DNA of 64,000 nucleotides from an uncultured bacterium (GTDB lineage: Bacteria; Chloroflexota; UBA5177; JANWHV01), in assembly GCA_963827235.1 (NCBI GenBank), contig CAWHAE010000010.1, positions 160,001 through 224,000 of the forward strand, written 5' to 3'. The notes beneath the pieces are model-generated. The model had not been told where the DNA came from. It was given only the letters and a program-made list of their open reading frames with translations, and ran no database searches. Below are positions 9,358-20,809 of this stretch, one piece after another; positions within the stretch are counted from its first letter, which is position 1; each line of letters begins with the position of its first letter. Made by a program: the position numbers and the translations under genes.

Positions 9358-12003
9358 CTATTGCGGTCGGAGGCCTGGATCGGCGTCTCGCGACTTGGCG
9401 ATCGCTTCTTGCAGCGGCAACGACTGTCCTGCAGCCCAGGCCTCGTCGAAGCGACCCACGTTTAACGCGGAACGCACCAGGTCGGTGATTCGCTCGAACT
9501 CGACGCGGTTTTCAGGAGCAGGCACCGCACCGGAGCCAGCCGCGAATATGCCGGCGACAACTCCGAGCAGCCACGCCGCGCGAACCGGCTGGCCTTGCGC
9601 ATACCACACTTCCGCCAACCCGTGCAGACACTCTGCCGTGTCATGCAACTCGACCCGATCCCCTGCCTGCAGCGCTAAACTGGCGCGATAGAGCGCGCCG
9701 GCCTCGGCATAGCGCCCTTGCCGGCGGGCCACATGCGCCAGATTGGTATAGGCGCCTGCGACTCCCGGTTTGTCGCCCACCTCCTGCCTGAGAACAAGGC
9801 TGTCTTCGTAGGCCTGCCGGGCCTCGTCATACCGGCCACGCGTCAACGCCACCGTCCCGAGGCCTACCAGGGCATAGGAAATGACGCTCTTCGCGCCCAC
9901 CCGGCGAGCCAGCGCGAGGCTCTCGGAGCACATCCTCTCGGCTACATCCACGTTGCCCTGCATCCATGCGTTCATACCCAGGCTGTTCAGCGTATTGGCC
10001 ACCACCGCGCTGCTGCCTTCTGCTCTGCTGATCTCAAGGCTTTTCTCGAAGAGGCCGCCGGCCCGCGGATAGTCGCCCATGCTGTCATATATTTGTGCCA
10101 GATTGTGCAGCGCGGCGGCCGTTCCATGGCGGTCATGGAGCTCACGCCGGATGACCAGGATGTCCTCCTGCATGTCGCGAGCTTGCTGCAGGTTACCCTC
10201 CTCGCGTGCAATCACCGCCAGTACCGTCAGCGCATTGGCGCGGCCCCGGAGGTCACTCAGCTCGTGGTAGATCGCGCGACTTTCGTCCGCCAGCTGCACG
10301 GCGCGAGGGAAGCTGCCCAGCCGATAGGCAAGTCCCGCTGCGCCGACCAGCGCCTTGGCTCGCCAGCGCCGATTATCGTCGGACGCATCCCCACTCTCCC
10401 GTGCCGAGAGGCGCTCGCACCAGGCCAGCCCTTCACCGACAGAGCCGCGCGTGTACCAGAAGCGCCAGAGCGCTCCTGCGAGTCGCAGGCCCATGGTGGT
10501 GCGGCCCTGAGCGCCGGCCCAAGCAAGCGCGGCGCGAAGGTTTCCGTGCTCCGTCTCCAGCCGCGTGAACCAAGTCTCTTGCGCGCCGCCTGTCAGTTCT
10601 GGCTCGGCCGTCTCGGCAAGCTCCACGGACCAGCGCAGTTGCCGGTCGCGCCACGCGATCTCCTCGCCTGCGGCACGAAGCTGGTCGCCGGCATACTGGT
10701 GCACGGTTTCCAGGAAGGTATAGCGGCGCTCCTCGGGGTGCTCGACGACCTGGACCAGGGACTTTGCCACCAGCGCGCCCAGTACGTCCAGCACCGAGCG
10801 TGCTGGGAGGTCCGCGTCCTGGCACACCGCCTCCGCTGCCGCCAGCGACCAACCGTTCGCGAAGACGGCCAGGCGGCACAGGAGCACCTGCTCCGGGACG
10901 CTGAGCAGGGCCCAGCTCCAATCCAGCGAGGCCTGCAAGGTCTGCTGGCGCGACAGCGCGTTGCGCGGTCCTTCGGTAAGCAGCGCGAAGCGCGCGTCGA
11001 GCCGGGCGGCTATGTCCGCGACGCTCAGCACGCCTACTCGTGCCGCCGCCAGCTCGATAGCCAACGGGATCCCGTCCAGCCGCGCACAGATCGCAACCAC
11101 GCTCCCCATGTTGCGCGTGTTGAGGTCGAATTCCACGAGCCGGTCACGGGCGCGCTGACAGAAGAGCTCGACCGCTCCATAGGCAGAGAGCGTCTGCGGG
11201 TCGGCAGTTGCGATCGGGCCCGGCAGCGGCAGGGCGGATACGCGAAGGATCCGTTCGCCCGGTACGCGCAGCATCTCGCGGCTGGTCGCGAGGACATGCA
11301 CCTCCGGGCAGCCGCGCAGCAGTGTCTCGACCAGCTCGGCACAGGGCACCACAAGGTGCTCGCAGTTATCGAGTACCAGGAGCAGCCGGCGCTCTTTGAG
11401 ACGCTCGGTCAACGTTGCGAGCAGTGCCTGGTGTGCCTGCTCCCCCGCACCGAGGACCCGCGCCACCGCGGCCGGCACCAGCGCGGCCTCGGTGACCGCG
11501 GCCAGGTCCACCAGCCAGACTCCGGCGGCAAAGCGGTCAACCAGGTCCGCTGCCACCGCCAGCGCCAGCCGGGTCTTGCCGATGCCGCCGGTACCGGTGA
11601 GGGTGACGAGCCGTGCAGACCCGAGCAGTGCCCGTGCTGCCTCCCGCTCCTGCGCGCGGCCGACGAGGCTGGTCAGCGCCACCGGGAGATTCGTCGCGCG
11701 TGCCGTTGCGTCGCCTGACACGGGGGTGGGCGGAGCTACGTAGCGGTTTTCGCGCGCGGGCGCGGACAGCCCGGCCAGAGACGCCGCCATGAAGGTGGCG
11801 CGCTCCTCGCCTGCCAGACCCAGAGCATCCGCCAGGCGCCGCACGGTGTCCGGATAGGGACGGCGAGCGCCCCGCTCCAGAAAGGCCAGGCCGCGCGTGC
11901 TCAGCGCAGCGCGTTCCGCCAGGGCCGTCTGCGCAAGTCCCGCTGCCAGCCGATGCCCGCGGAGCAGCACTCCGAAGGAGGCAGGGTGTGCTCCGTCCAT
12001 CAT
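9358..12003 (-). CDS. XRE HTH - STAND (NB-ARC-like) ATPase - TPR regulator
   Basis: HTH (GLAQTALAERAALS), Walker A GTGGIGKT, Walker B LLVLDNCEH, LATSRE, LDGIPLAIELAAA, multiple C-terminal TPRs. Confidence 0.92.
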   Translation of the reverse strand: MMDGAHPASFGVLLRGHRLAAGLAQTALAERAALSTRGLAFLERGARRPYPDTVRRLADALGLAGEERATFMAASLAGLSAPARENRYVAPPTPVSGDATARATNLPVALTSLVGRAQEREAARALLGSARLVTLTGTGGIGKTRLALAVAADLVDRFAAGVWLVDLAAVTEAALVPAAVARVLGAGEQAHQALLATLTERLKERRLLLVLDNCEHLVVPCAELVETLLRGCPEVHVLATSREMLRVPGERILRVSALPLPGPIATADPQTLSAYGAVELFCQRARDRLVEFDLNTRNMGSVVAICARLDGIPLAIELAAARVGVLSVADIAARLDARFALLTEGPRNALSRQQTLQASLDWSWALLSVPEQVLLCRLAVFANGWSLAAAEAVCQDADLPARSVLDVLGALVAKSLVQVVEHPEERRYTFLETVHQYAGDQLRAAGEEIAWRDRQLRWSVELAETAEPELTGGAQETWFTRLETEHGNLRAALAWAGAQGRTTMGLRLAGALWRFWYTRGSVGEGLAWCERLSARESGDASDDNRRWRAKALVGAAGLAYRLGSFPRAVQLADESRAIYHELSDLRGRANALTVLAVIAREEGNLQQARDMQEDILVIRRELHDRHGTAAALHNLAQIYDSMGDYPRAGGLFEKSLEISRAEGSSAVVANTLNSLGMNAWMQGNVDVAERMCSESLALARRVGAKSVISYALVGLGTVALTRGRYDEARQAYEDSLVLRQEVGDKPGVAGAYTNLAHVARRQGRYAEAGALYRASLALQAGDRVELHDTAECLHGLAEVWYAQGQPVRAAWLLGVVAGIFAAGSGAVPAPENRVEFERITDLVRSALNVGRFDEAWAAGQSLPLQEAIAKSRDADPGLRPQ

Positions 12004-12247
12004 GCAGGCCATCCCCACCCAGTGATGCCGCCACCCAACGGATATGGAACGGATATGAGCTCTCAGTGTCATGATACCGAGGCGAATTTAGTGATGGCGT
12101 CTGACTGTTCGTCCAGTGTTCCGGTTCTGTTCATCGCGGCCCGTGGGCGCCTGCCGCATACTAGGCGAGAGAGGAGAGCGATGCATTCGTAGCGCTCCTC
12201 ACCGCCAGCCGCATGTCGTGGCCGGTTCTCGATTTACTGGCAGGCGC

Positions 12248-12802
12248 ATGATGGAAATCGAGCGACGTGATACCCCGACTGAGCCCCTGTATGCGCTACT
12301 TGCCGTCGTCACGGCAGAATACGCACTCAGCGAGGCGTTGTCGCTCTTCATCGGTGACCCGGACGACCGTCCGGCCAGCGAAGCGTGCTATGGTGCCGCC
12401 ATGATTCAGACCGTCGACTGGTGCATGGAGATGCTCCAGGCGTGCGGGTGCTCTCCGGATGCGGGAGACAAGCTCGCACAAGCAGTCTCCGCCGAAGTTC
12501 TCTGGCGTGCACAGGTCATCATGGATACGTCGTCGCCACGCGGCGCCGAAGCGTTCTTCCTGAGTGCGCTCGCGCTCATCGCCGACGATTTCGGCACGCT
12601 CTGGCAGGCTGGGAGCCCTCACCGTGCCGGCACACCGTTGCCCAGGCTACGCCGCACCCTGGTCGACTGCCTCGCACGGGACTACGAGGTGCACGTGGAT
12701 GCACCGGATCCGCGCTGTGCTGCCATCGTCGCCGCGGCACAGGATCTGGCCGGCAATTGGCGCTCGTGGGCTCGTATGTCGTCGCGTCCTCCTCCACGAT
12801 GA
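12248..12802 (+). CDS. Hypothetical protein
   Basis: Helical-looking ORF divergent from the STAND gene; no family recognised. Confidence 0.45.
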   Translation: MMEIERRDTPTEPLYALLAVVTAEYALSEALSLFIGDPDDRPASEACYGAAMIQTVDWCMEMLQACGCSPDAGDKLAQAVSAEVLWRAQVIMDTSSPRGAEAFFLSALALIADDFGTLWQAGSPHRAGTPLPRLRRTLVDCLARDYEVHVDAPDPRCAAIVAAAQDLAGNWRSWARMSSRPPPR

Positions 12803-13170
12803 GACTGTTTCCGGCCCATCGGTAGCCAGCGCTGGCCTCCCAGCCGGATCGGGTTGCTGCGTGTGCAGTGTGCTCAGGTTGTCGTGGCGCGAAGAGCACC
12901 GTCTCTGCCGGTCCGCCGGCTGTGAGCCACACCGAGTTGGTAGAGCTGAGCGCGAACGCAACGGCTCGCGACGGGTATCTGCCGGCCGCGTATTCGGTTC
13001 TTGTCAGGTCGCAACGCCAGGCTAGGGTCAATGGCAGGTGGGCGGTGACGTGGATGGTCGCCGCCTGTAGAGCAGGTACCGGTATGGCGAGACGGGGGAA
13101 GCCGGCGTGTCGCCAGAGCCGAGTTGGATGACCAGCGCCCCGATTGCCACTATGCGAGGAGATGGAGGAG

Positions 13171-15204
13171 ATGAACAACCGCGCTCTCAATGGTCCGGCC
13201 GAGCAATTGTCTGCCGGGCAACTCACACGGCGTGCCTTCATCAGGCGCGGCCTCATCCTGGGCGCATCCTTGCCCAGCCTGGCCGCGGTCGCGGCTGACC
13301 TGGCGACGACGGTGCGGGCCGCAGTGCCGGAAGCCGCGGTCGGATTCCAGGCATACCACGGTGTGAGCGGTGCCGTTCATCAGGCCAACTTTGACCGCCT
13401 GGGCGCGCAGGGCTACCGGATGATCTCCCTGAGCGTCTACGGCGATCCCTCTAGCCCGCAGTATGCCGCGGTATGGGTGCAACGGACGGGTCCGGCCTGG
13501 GTCGCCACCCACAACGTGAGCAGCGCGGACTATCAAGCCTTCTTCGACAAATGGACCGCTCAGGGCTTTGCACCGGTGATCGTCTCCGCGACTGGCCCCG
13601 TCGAAAGTGCCGTTTTCGCCGCGGTCTTTGAACAGGGGGTCCCGGCCGGTTGGCTGGCACGACACAATCTGCCGTCCGGGTCGAACACGACACCCGACAC
13701 GTTTCAGCAGCAGATCGCCCTGGCCGCCGCTTCCAATCTGGCCATCCGGTCGTTAGCGATCTACGGTACGCCCAGCGACCGGCGCTACGCCGCCGTGTGG
13801 TACCCCAATCCCACCTATGTGAAATGGCACGTCTACGCAGCCGAATCGGCAGCGGATTATCAGGCTACGTTCAATATCGAGACGCAATTGCCGGGCTATC
13901 ACCTGGCCGGCTACCGAGCAGCATATGTGGCGGTCAGCAGCGATGGGCTCTATGCCTCCGTCTTCAAGGACGATGTCGTCGGCAACTGGGTGGGGCTCCA
14001 CAACATGACGGCTGCCGAGTATCAGGCAGCATTCACCCAACAAACCGCGAACGGGTTCTATCCCATCTGCGTCCAGGGGGGCGGGGTTGGTGACCAAACG
14101 CGGTACGCGGCGATCTTTGCGCAGCGCGACATCCCGCTTCCCCGCCTGTGGCACGTCTCGGGCGCCCGAGTTCCCGCGTTGGCCGGGTTCGACCGGATCA
14201 TGCAGACCTTCATGCAGGCCAATGGTGTCCGCGCCGCGCAGTTGACCATTGGGAAGGACGGCGACATCAAATTCTCGCGCGCCTACACCTGGGCGGAGTC
14301 GGGCTATCGCCGCACGCAGACCTCCGACGTGTTCTTGCTGGCAAGCCTGAGCAAGATGTTCACGGAAGCGGCCATTCAATCGCTCTATGATACCGGCAAG
14401 CTGACCACAACAACTGCCGCGTATCCGCTGCTCGGCATGTCGGGTCCTGCCGATCCGCGCAGCGATACGATCACCATCCAGCAACTGTTGGATCATATGG
14501 GCGGGTATGACGATACCACCAAAGGTTCAGGATTCGATCCGACCTACTCAATGCGGCAGGTCGCCCTGAGTCTCGGACTGAGCCGCCCCGTGAACAAGCT
14601 CGACATCGTCGGCTACATGTACGCGCAGAAGCTCGATTTCGCACCGGGCACCGCTACACAATACTCGAACTACGGCTATGTCCTGCTGAGCGCCGTGGTG
14701 GAACAGGTCACCGGTATGGATTTCTTTACCTATGTCCAGCAGACACTGCTGCAGCCAGCAGGCATAACGGACGTCATTCTTTCGTCAACGCGTGCCAATC
14801 AGCGGCCCGCCAATCAGGCTATCGCCGAGGACGGAGGGTATGGCCTGAGTGCGCTCGACGTCACCTCATCGGTGCCGGTGCCGAATGTGTATGGTGGCGA
14901 CGGGCAGATCAAAGAGGTAGTTGCCGGCGACGCAGGGATCGCTGCCTCGGCAACGGCGATCACGCGGTTCATCCATATCCATCGCGTCTGGGGAAATGGT
15001 CCGCGGTACGCCGCCGACGGGAAAACGTATTGGAGCCGCGACGGGAGCACACCCGGGGTTTCCACCATGGCGGCATCACGCGGCGATGGCGTTGACTGGA
15101 CCTTTACCCTCAACACGCGCGACTGGCCAAATAAGGTGTCGCCTGCACTCGACGATCTGGGGACGTCGATCGATAACCTGCTATACACCGTCGCGTGGTC
15201 CTGA
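13171..15204 (+). CDS. Tat-exported serine hydrolase with five N-terminal tandem repeats (polyglycine hydrolase-like)
   Basis: TRRAFIRR twin-arginine signal; five ~50-aa repeats (W..H....YQ..F...G......YAAVW); beta-lactamase-fold motifs SLSK and YSN. Confidence 0.85.
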   Translation: MNNRALNGPAEQLSAGQLTRRAFIRRGLILGASLPSLAAVAADLATTVRAAVPEAAVGFQAYHGVSGAVHQANFDRLGAQGYRMISLSVYGDPSSPQYAAVWVQRTGPAWVATHNVSSADYQAFFDKWTAQGFAPVIVSATGPVESAVFAAVFEQGVPAGWLARHNLPSGSNTTPDTFQQQIALAAASNLAIRSLAIYGTPSDRRYAAVWYPNPTYVKWHVYAAESAADYQATFNIETQLPGYHLAGYRAAYVAVSSDGLYASVFKDDVVGNWVGLHNMTAAEYQAAFTQQTANGFYPICVQGGGVGDQTRYAAIFAQRDIPLPRLWHVSGARVPALAGFDRIMQTFMQANGVRAAQLTIGKDGDIKFSRAYTWAESGYRRTQTSDVFLLASLSKMFTEAAIQSLYDTGKLTTTTAAYPLLGMSGPADPRSDTITIQQLLDHMGGYDDTTKGSGFDPTYSMRQVALSLGLSRPVNKLDIVGYMYAQKLDFAPGTATQYSNYGYVLLSAVVEQVTGMDFFTYVQQTLLQPAGITDVILSSTRANQRPANQAIAEDGGYGLSALDVTSSVPVPNVYGGDGQIKEVVAGDAGIAASATAITRFIHIHRVWGNGPRYAADGKTYWSRDGSTPGVSTMAASRGDGVDWTFTLNTRDWPNKVSPALDDLGTSIDNLLYTVAWS

Positions 15205-15427
15205 TCGGACGCCACACTGTGGCGGGTAAGGAATTGCCCTGTACGCAGCGCCGGGAGCAGACCTGGTGCATCGGCACAGTGTGCGATCGTGCCCGCCTTC
15301 TCCCTGACCTCGTCCCTTAGAAACGATGCGCCCGTCACGCCTGCCGTGCGTGCCGTGGCCAGGCATCACTGCGAACGTGGAACCGTCTTGGCACGACGCG
15401 AGAGGCCGACACAGAAGGAGGAACGAC

Positions 15428-17212
15428 ATGCGCACGCATCTTTTCTGGTCCTGCAAGGAAACGAGACCAATGCACTCGGCAAGTTTGCTGCCGTCGATCC
15501 GGCGATTCGTCATCGTGCTGGGCCTCCTGGCTGCGGCGAGCGTTACCGGCGCCCGGCCCATGCCGGTGGGGGCCGCAGCTGCCAGCCGCGATTACAGCCA
15601 AGCCTTGCACGTTTCGAGCGTCGACCAAGCGTCGACTGCGGCGAGCTTCGTGCTCAAGGTCACGCCCGAATCCGGCATTGGCCAGAGCGACATGGTGCTC
15701 ATAACGGGCAATGCACCGGTTGATGCTGCGAACCGGCCGATCAAGATACTCGTGACCCTGCCCAACGGAGTCAATACTGGGGAGGGATCCGCACCGGTGC
15801 GTCAGACTGACGGGTACTTTGCAGTCTGCTTCAATCTCACCGGACAGGCCGGCACGTATCACGTACGCGTCGAGTCACCGGCGGGCAGCGCGGTCGGTAC
15901 GACGACGTTTACCGTGGATCCCGGCTTCGGGCCGCCAGATCCCGATCCGGAACTGGGTACGCTGGGTGTGGACGTCGAGCACCATATCGAGGGTCTGCTG
16001 CAGGCACTGCCGGACTCCCCCGCCGCCGAGGACCTGCAGGCCAAGCTCGACGATTTGCGGCCACAGATGGCCACGGCGCTCAAGCAGATCCAGAAGTATT
16101 CCGACTCGCTGACGGACGTGCTCGGCACGGTCAAGGACTTCCCCCGCGATCGGGCGCAGTTTGAGGGACTGCTGAAGCAACTCGCGGATTGGAATGACAA
16201 GGCCAAGGCCATGGAGTCGACGCTGCGAGATGAGATGCGCGCAGACGACTCCGACACGGTGCGCTGTGACGACGTAGCCCACCTTGAACGAGAGCTCACC
16301 TCGCTGGTCGACCTGATCAAGGAGCTCCAGGGCCCGATGCATGCCCTGGCCGACTTCGAAGACAAGTACAAGGCAGGGACCGGCCTCGGGCTCGAGGACA
16401 ACGTCCAATGTCTGAACTGGCAGGAGGAAGTCGCCCACCTGCCCTTCGATCCCAAGCTGCGCGACGCACTCGACAAGATCGATCCCGCCGATGCGCCGGT
16501 TGCCTTCTTCGATGCGCTGTTGAAGACGGCAAATGACGCGGTAGCTGCCGGCTCGCAGGATCTCTTTTCCTTCTACTGCGAACAGTTCGCCGGGCCTTTT
16601 ACCGCCAGCCTGGCGGCGACCATCTCAAGTAACAAGGGCACGCCCTGGTGGAAGTACACCATCGGCCTCGAGGGTACGCTCACGCTCCGCTACACCAAGG
16701 GCGCGACGGGGAAAGGTCCTATCAAGCTGACCGGCGAGTTCGAGGGTGACGCCACCAATTACAGCGTGAGCGAGAACGCTCTGCGCGTGCTTTACCCGAA
16801 GCTGGTGGCCGGTGCCTTGCTCTTTCACAAGGCAATCCTGCCGACCGCGCCGATCCACTTCAGTCTGCCGGTTGAGGGAACCATCACCGGGCAGACGCTG
16901 ACCATCAGCCCGCCCGGCGAGGGTACCGACGCCACAACCAGCGCTGTCGCGCATGTCACCTACGTGGTGGTGACGCCGCTCACGCTGGTGCCGCAGGTCG
17001 TCAAGTTCGACCTGCCGTACGTGTCGGCGCGCACCGTGATCGGTCGTGCCATGTCCGACAAGCCCGCACAGTTTCCGATCACAGTATCTCGCCAGGCAAA
17101 GGTCTCGACGATTGCCAAGGTGTTGAGCTTCGCGCGCAACCATCCCGGCGCGGTGGCCTATGGGCAGTACAAGCTGACGGTGCGCGCATGCAACCCCGCC
17201 TGTTCCCAGTAG
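15428..17212 (+). CDS. Secreted hypothetical protein (beta-rich / helical / beta-rich)
   Basis: AGGAGG RBS, hydrophobic signal segment, long ORF with coding-type composition; alternative start 15470. Confidence 0.7.
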   Translation: MRTHLFWSCKETRPMHSASLLPSIRRFVIVLGLLAAASVTGARPMPVGAAAASRDYSQALHVSSVDQASTAASFVLKVTPESGIGQSDMVLITGNAPVDAANRPIKILVTLPNGVNTGEGSAPVRQTDGYFAVCFNLTGQAGTYHVRVESPAGSAVGTTTFTVDPGFGPPDPDPELGTLGVDVEHHIEGLLQALPDSPAAEDLQAKLDDLRPQMATALKQIQKYSDSLTDVLGTVKDFPRDRAQFEGLLKQLADWNDKAKAMESTLRDEMRADDSDTVRCDDVAHLERELTSLVDLIKELQGPMHALADFEDKYKAGTGLGLEDNVQCLNWQEEVAHLPFDPKLRDALDKIDPADAPVAFFDALLKTANDAVAAGSQDLFSFYCEQFAGPFTASLAATISSNKGTPWWKYTIGLEGTLTLRYTKGATGKGPIKLTGEFEGDATNYSVSENALRVLYPKLVAGALLFHKAILPTAPIHFSLPVEGTITGQTLTISPPGEGTDATTSAVAHVTYVVVTPLTLVPQVVKFDLPYVSARTVIGRAMSDKPAQFPITVSRQAKVSTIAKVLSFARNHPGAVAYGQYKLTVRACNPACSQ

Positions 17213-17551
17213 CGCGATCGCACCCGCAGTCACCGGCGTGCTGCCGCGAGCGGTAGCTGCGCCGTCAGGCTGAACGGAGAACGGCAAGTGATGCAGCGGA
17301 GTCAACCGGCGCGGAGGTCTTGGGCTGGACACGCCCAACGCCACATGCCGGCACATGTTCGCAGCTGCAAGGTCATGCGGCTCCATGCATGGATACTCGT
17401 CGAGACGCCGTGAACCGTGAGGCACTGGAAGCTGTCTATCTAGGGGCGGACGTGACGTCGCACGTGATACCGAGGCCGTTATCGCAAACGCTGGCACCCA
17501 GCAATCACGACCTGCGACAACTTGAGGACTCAGGGCTGGCGCTGGCGCTTG

Positions 17552-20541
17552 TCAGCCGAGCGAGGCCAGCAACTGCTCGGCACTCTCGATATCCGCGCGT
17601 GCGCCCAGCCACCGGAAGATAGTCAGCGCCGCCTCCAGGCAGGCTCGCGCAGCCGCAGTGTCGCCGCGGGCCAGGTGCAACCGGCTGTACACCTCCAGCA
17701 GCCGCCCCTCGCCATGCGGGTAGGGCATGCTGCGCGTCAGCGCCAGCCCCTCCACCAGCGCCTGGGCCGCCTCATCCCAGCACCCCTGCCGCAGCAGCAT
17801 GAGGGCCTGCACCCGCAGCAGTTGCGCCAAGGCTAGCCGGCAGGTGCCGCGCCGCGCCCGCTCGATCGCTCCGCACACGGTCATGGCAGCCCGTTCGATC
17901 TGGCCCGCTTCGAGCTGCGCCCAGGCCAGCGCCGGCAGCACGTACTGCGTTACCACGCGCTCCTCCTGACCCGGCCGGTCGAGCAGCGGGAGGAGGCGCG
18001 CGCAGGCCGTTGGGCTCGGCCTTCGACCACGTCGCGCTCGGCGAGGAGCGCACGCGCGATGAGCGCGTGCAGGCGCTCGCCCGTTCCTCCAGAGACTGCC
18101 AGCACCTGTTCGAAGTAATGTGCCGCCTCGTCCCAGGCACCCGCGGCATGCCAGGACACGTCCCAGGTCGACGCGCGGCCGCGTGTAGTTGAATCCGTCG
18201 GTGATACCCGTCTCGTCCGCGAGGGCCACGCCGCGCGCCAGGTACGCGCGGGCGGCGGCCCAGTCTCCGCTCAGGAAGGCGTTCAGTCCCAGCCGGCTCA
18301 TGGCGGCCACGATGCCGCCTGCATGGTGTGCTCGTTCCGAGACCGCAAGTGGCGTTGGCGGCCAGTCTGCCCGGCTGGTACTCGCCGCGCTCTTCGTCGA
18401 TGCCGGGACGATATGGCCATGGCCTATCGTCCTCCGGTACCGCCAGTGCCGCAGCCTCCTGGGCCGCCTGGAGCGCTTCATCGGCGCGGCTGGCCATAGT
18501 GCACACGTACGTGCGGCTCGTGAGTGCCGATACCACCAGAGAGTGGTCACCCAGCGCACGGGCGACCGCTTCCCCGCTGGCGATAACGGCCAACCCGTTG
18601 CCAACCTGGGCATCGTTGATATAGAGTCCGGCCAACGTTAGGTATGCCGCGGCCAGCTCGGCAGAGGGGCCGCCGGGCTCCAGATTGCCACTACCGGCTG
18701 CAGGCGCGCTATTTCCGACGGCAAAGGGGCCTCTGGTTCCATATATCTCAGCGATCAGTGTTTCAATGCGGGCCATGCCCGGCAGGTCGCCCGTCCGGCG
18801 AAGCATGTCCGCTGCCTGTTCGAGCACGGCCTGCGCGGCGTCGTACTGGTCCAGGCGCATCAGGACGGGGCCGGCTTCTCACGGGCACGCAGGAGGTCCG
18901 CTTCGACACCACCCAGTTCCTCCAGGCAGGCCACCAGATCTCGGTAGTGCTCTGCCGCCGCTGTGTGGGCGAACTGGGCCGCTGCCTGAACGCCGGCCTG
19001 CTCCAGGTAGACCGCCGCTCGGGCCGCGTCGCCGGCCTCGCGGTCATGGTAGGCCAGCGCTTCCACGGACGGCTTGCCGGGCGCGCGCTCCAAGGCTTGG
19101 GCCACCTGCCGGTGCAGCAGGCGTCGCCCCGCCAGGCCAAGGTCTGCTTCCACCACTTCGCGTATCAGGTCGTGCACGAAGGCGTAGGCGTCGTCCGCGG
19201 TCTCTTCCAGCAGCCCGGCCCGGCAGGTCTGGTCCAGCAGACCGGGCAACGCGCGCTCCGGCAGCTCTACCACAGCAAGCAGCGACGAGCGGGGAACCAC
19301 ACGACCCAGCACCGCCGCCGCGCCCAGCAGCGTGCGTGCGGTCTCAGGCAGCGTCTGCACCCGGCGCCGGATGCTCTGCCGCAGGTCCCAGGGCACGACT
19401 TGTGCAGCCGGCCATAGTCCCGAGCCCCTGGACGCTGCGCGCATAGCTCATCAAGTAGAAGGGCACGCCGCCTGCGCGCTGCGCCACCTGTGCGGCCAGC
19501 GCCGTTCTGGCCGACTCTCGCTCGCCGAGCGCGCGCACAAAGAGCGCCTGCGCCTCGGCCAGCGAGAGTGGATGCAGTGTGTGGTGGGTCACCATCTGCG
19601 CTTCGCTCATCTCGGCCACGGCCAGGACGAGTGGGTGCGCCGGGCCGACGTCGGTCTCGCGGTACGCGCCAACCACGCGCAACGGCACATCTTGCGGTTG
19701 ACAGGAGCAAACTGGCGAGGAGGTCGCAGGCATCGGCGCCGGCCCAGTGCAGGTCGTCCAGCAGCAGCAACGTGCCGGCCGGACCTGCCACGTTGGCCAG
19801 GAAGCGCCCGACGGCCTTGAACAGCAGGTGGCGTTCCTGCTCGGGCTGCAGCACCCAGCGCGGCAGCGGCTCGACGGCATCCTCGGGTAAATCAGGAGGA
19901 GCAGGCGGACCAGCCAGGCACAGCCCGCCAGCTCCGCGCGCAGGGCCGCCACCGCCCGGCTCGCCACGTGCCGCTCCAGGGCCTGCAGCAGCGGCGCGAA
20001 CGGCTCTCCCGTGCCCCGGCTGCACCCGCCGGCCAGCACCGCCCCAGCCCCGCGGGAGGGCCAGAGACGCCGCCTCCTGCAGGAGGCGGGGACTTACCGA
20101 TGCCCGGCTCGCCGGCAAACAGCAGGAGTGGCGGGCCCTCGCCGGCCAGGTGCACTTCCCCAGCGCCGCCACTTCACGCACGCGCCCGACCAAGGGCAGC
20201 GCGCTGACCCCGCCCGGGCCCACCACCGCCAGTGCCGCGAACCCCTCCTGCTTGCGGGGCCGGCCCGGTCGTGCCCGCGGGTGTGCCCCAACCGGCGTGC
20301 CCGGAGGCGCCCTCGTGCCCAGCGCGTCGAGTCGAGCGCGCTCGCTTGGCGCCAGGTGGAGTGCAGCCGCGAACGCCGCCACCGTCGCCCGCTGGGGATG
20401 CTGCTTGAGCCCCCGCTCCAGGTCGCTGATGGCCCGCACACTCAGCCCGGCGCGCTCGGCCAGCACCTCCTGCGTCAGCCCGGCACGCGGCGGTGCCGCT
20501 TCAGCCGAATCGCCAAACGGGGTGGCTGCGCTCTCCACCAT
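17552..20541 (-). pseudogene. XRE HTH - AAA/STAND ATPase - TPR regulator, split by many frameshifts
   Basis: Pieces in order across frames: AGLTQEVLAERAGLSVRAISDLERG; GEPGIGKS; LLLLDDLHWA; GGVPFYL; YAFVHDLIREVV; TPR tail ACLEAALTIFRWLGA. Confidence 0.8.
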
Positions 20542-20809
20542 GCCTGAACCCCCCAAAGCGCGGCGAGTCGTCGGTGGCTGCTTGCTGCCGCCATTGTAGC
20601 ACGGCAGGGGCGCGCTCTCGGACCGGGGGCGTGTGCGTTTCCGCCCGTGCGCGTGGGTAGCCCGGCGACTCGTGTGCCCGCACGTGTGGGTTTCGCCGCA
20701 TTCTGCGCCTTTTTCCGCGACGCCCTTCGGCACAGAGTGGAGTCCAGGTAGGCTGCAGCCTGCTGCTCAGCCTGCGCCGGCAGTGCCGCTCCAAAGGGGA
20801 GCTCTGCAT

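Noticed and set aside
9718-11718. Long antisense or alternate-frame ORFs (also 29674-31305, 35382-37043, 56616-58007, 59937-61274)
   Set aside because: Shadow ORFs of well-supported genes in GC-rich DNA, with no recognisable motifs.
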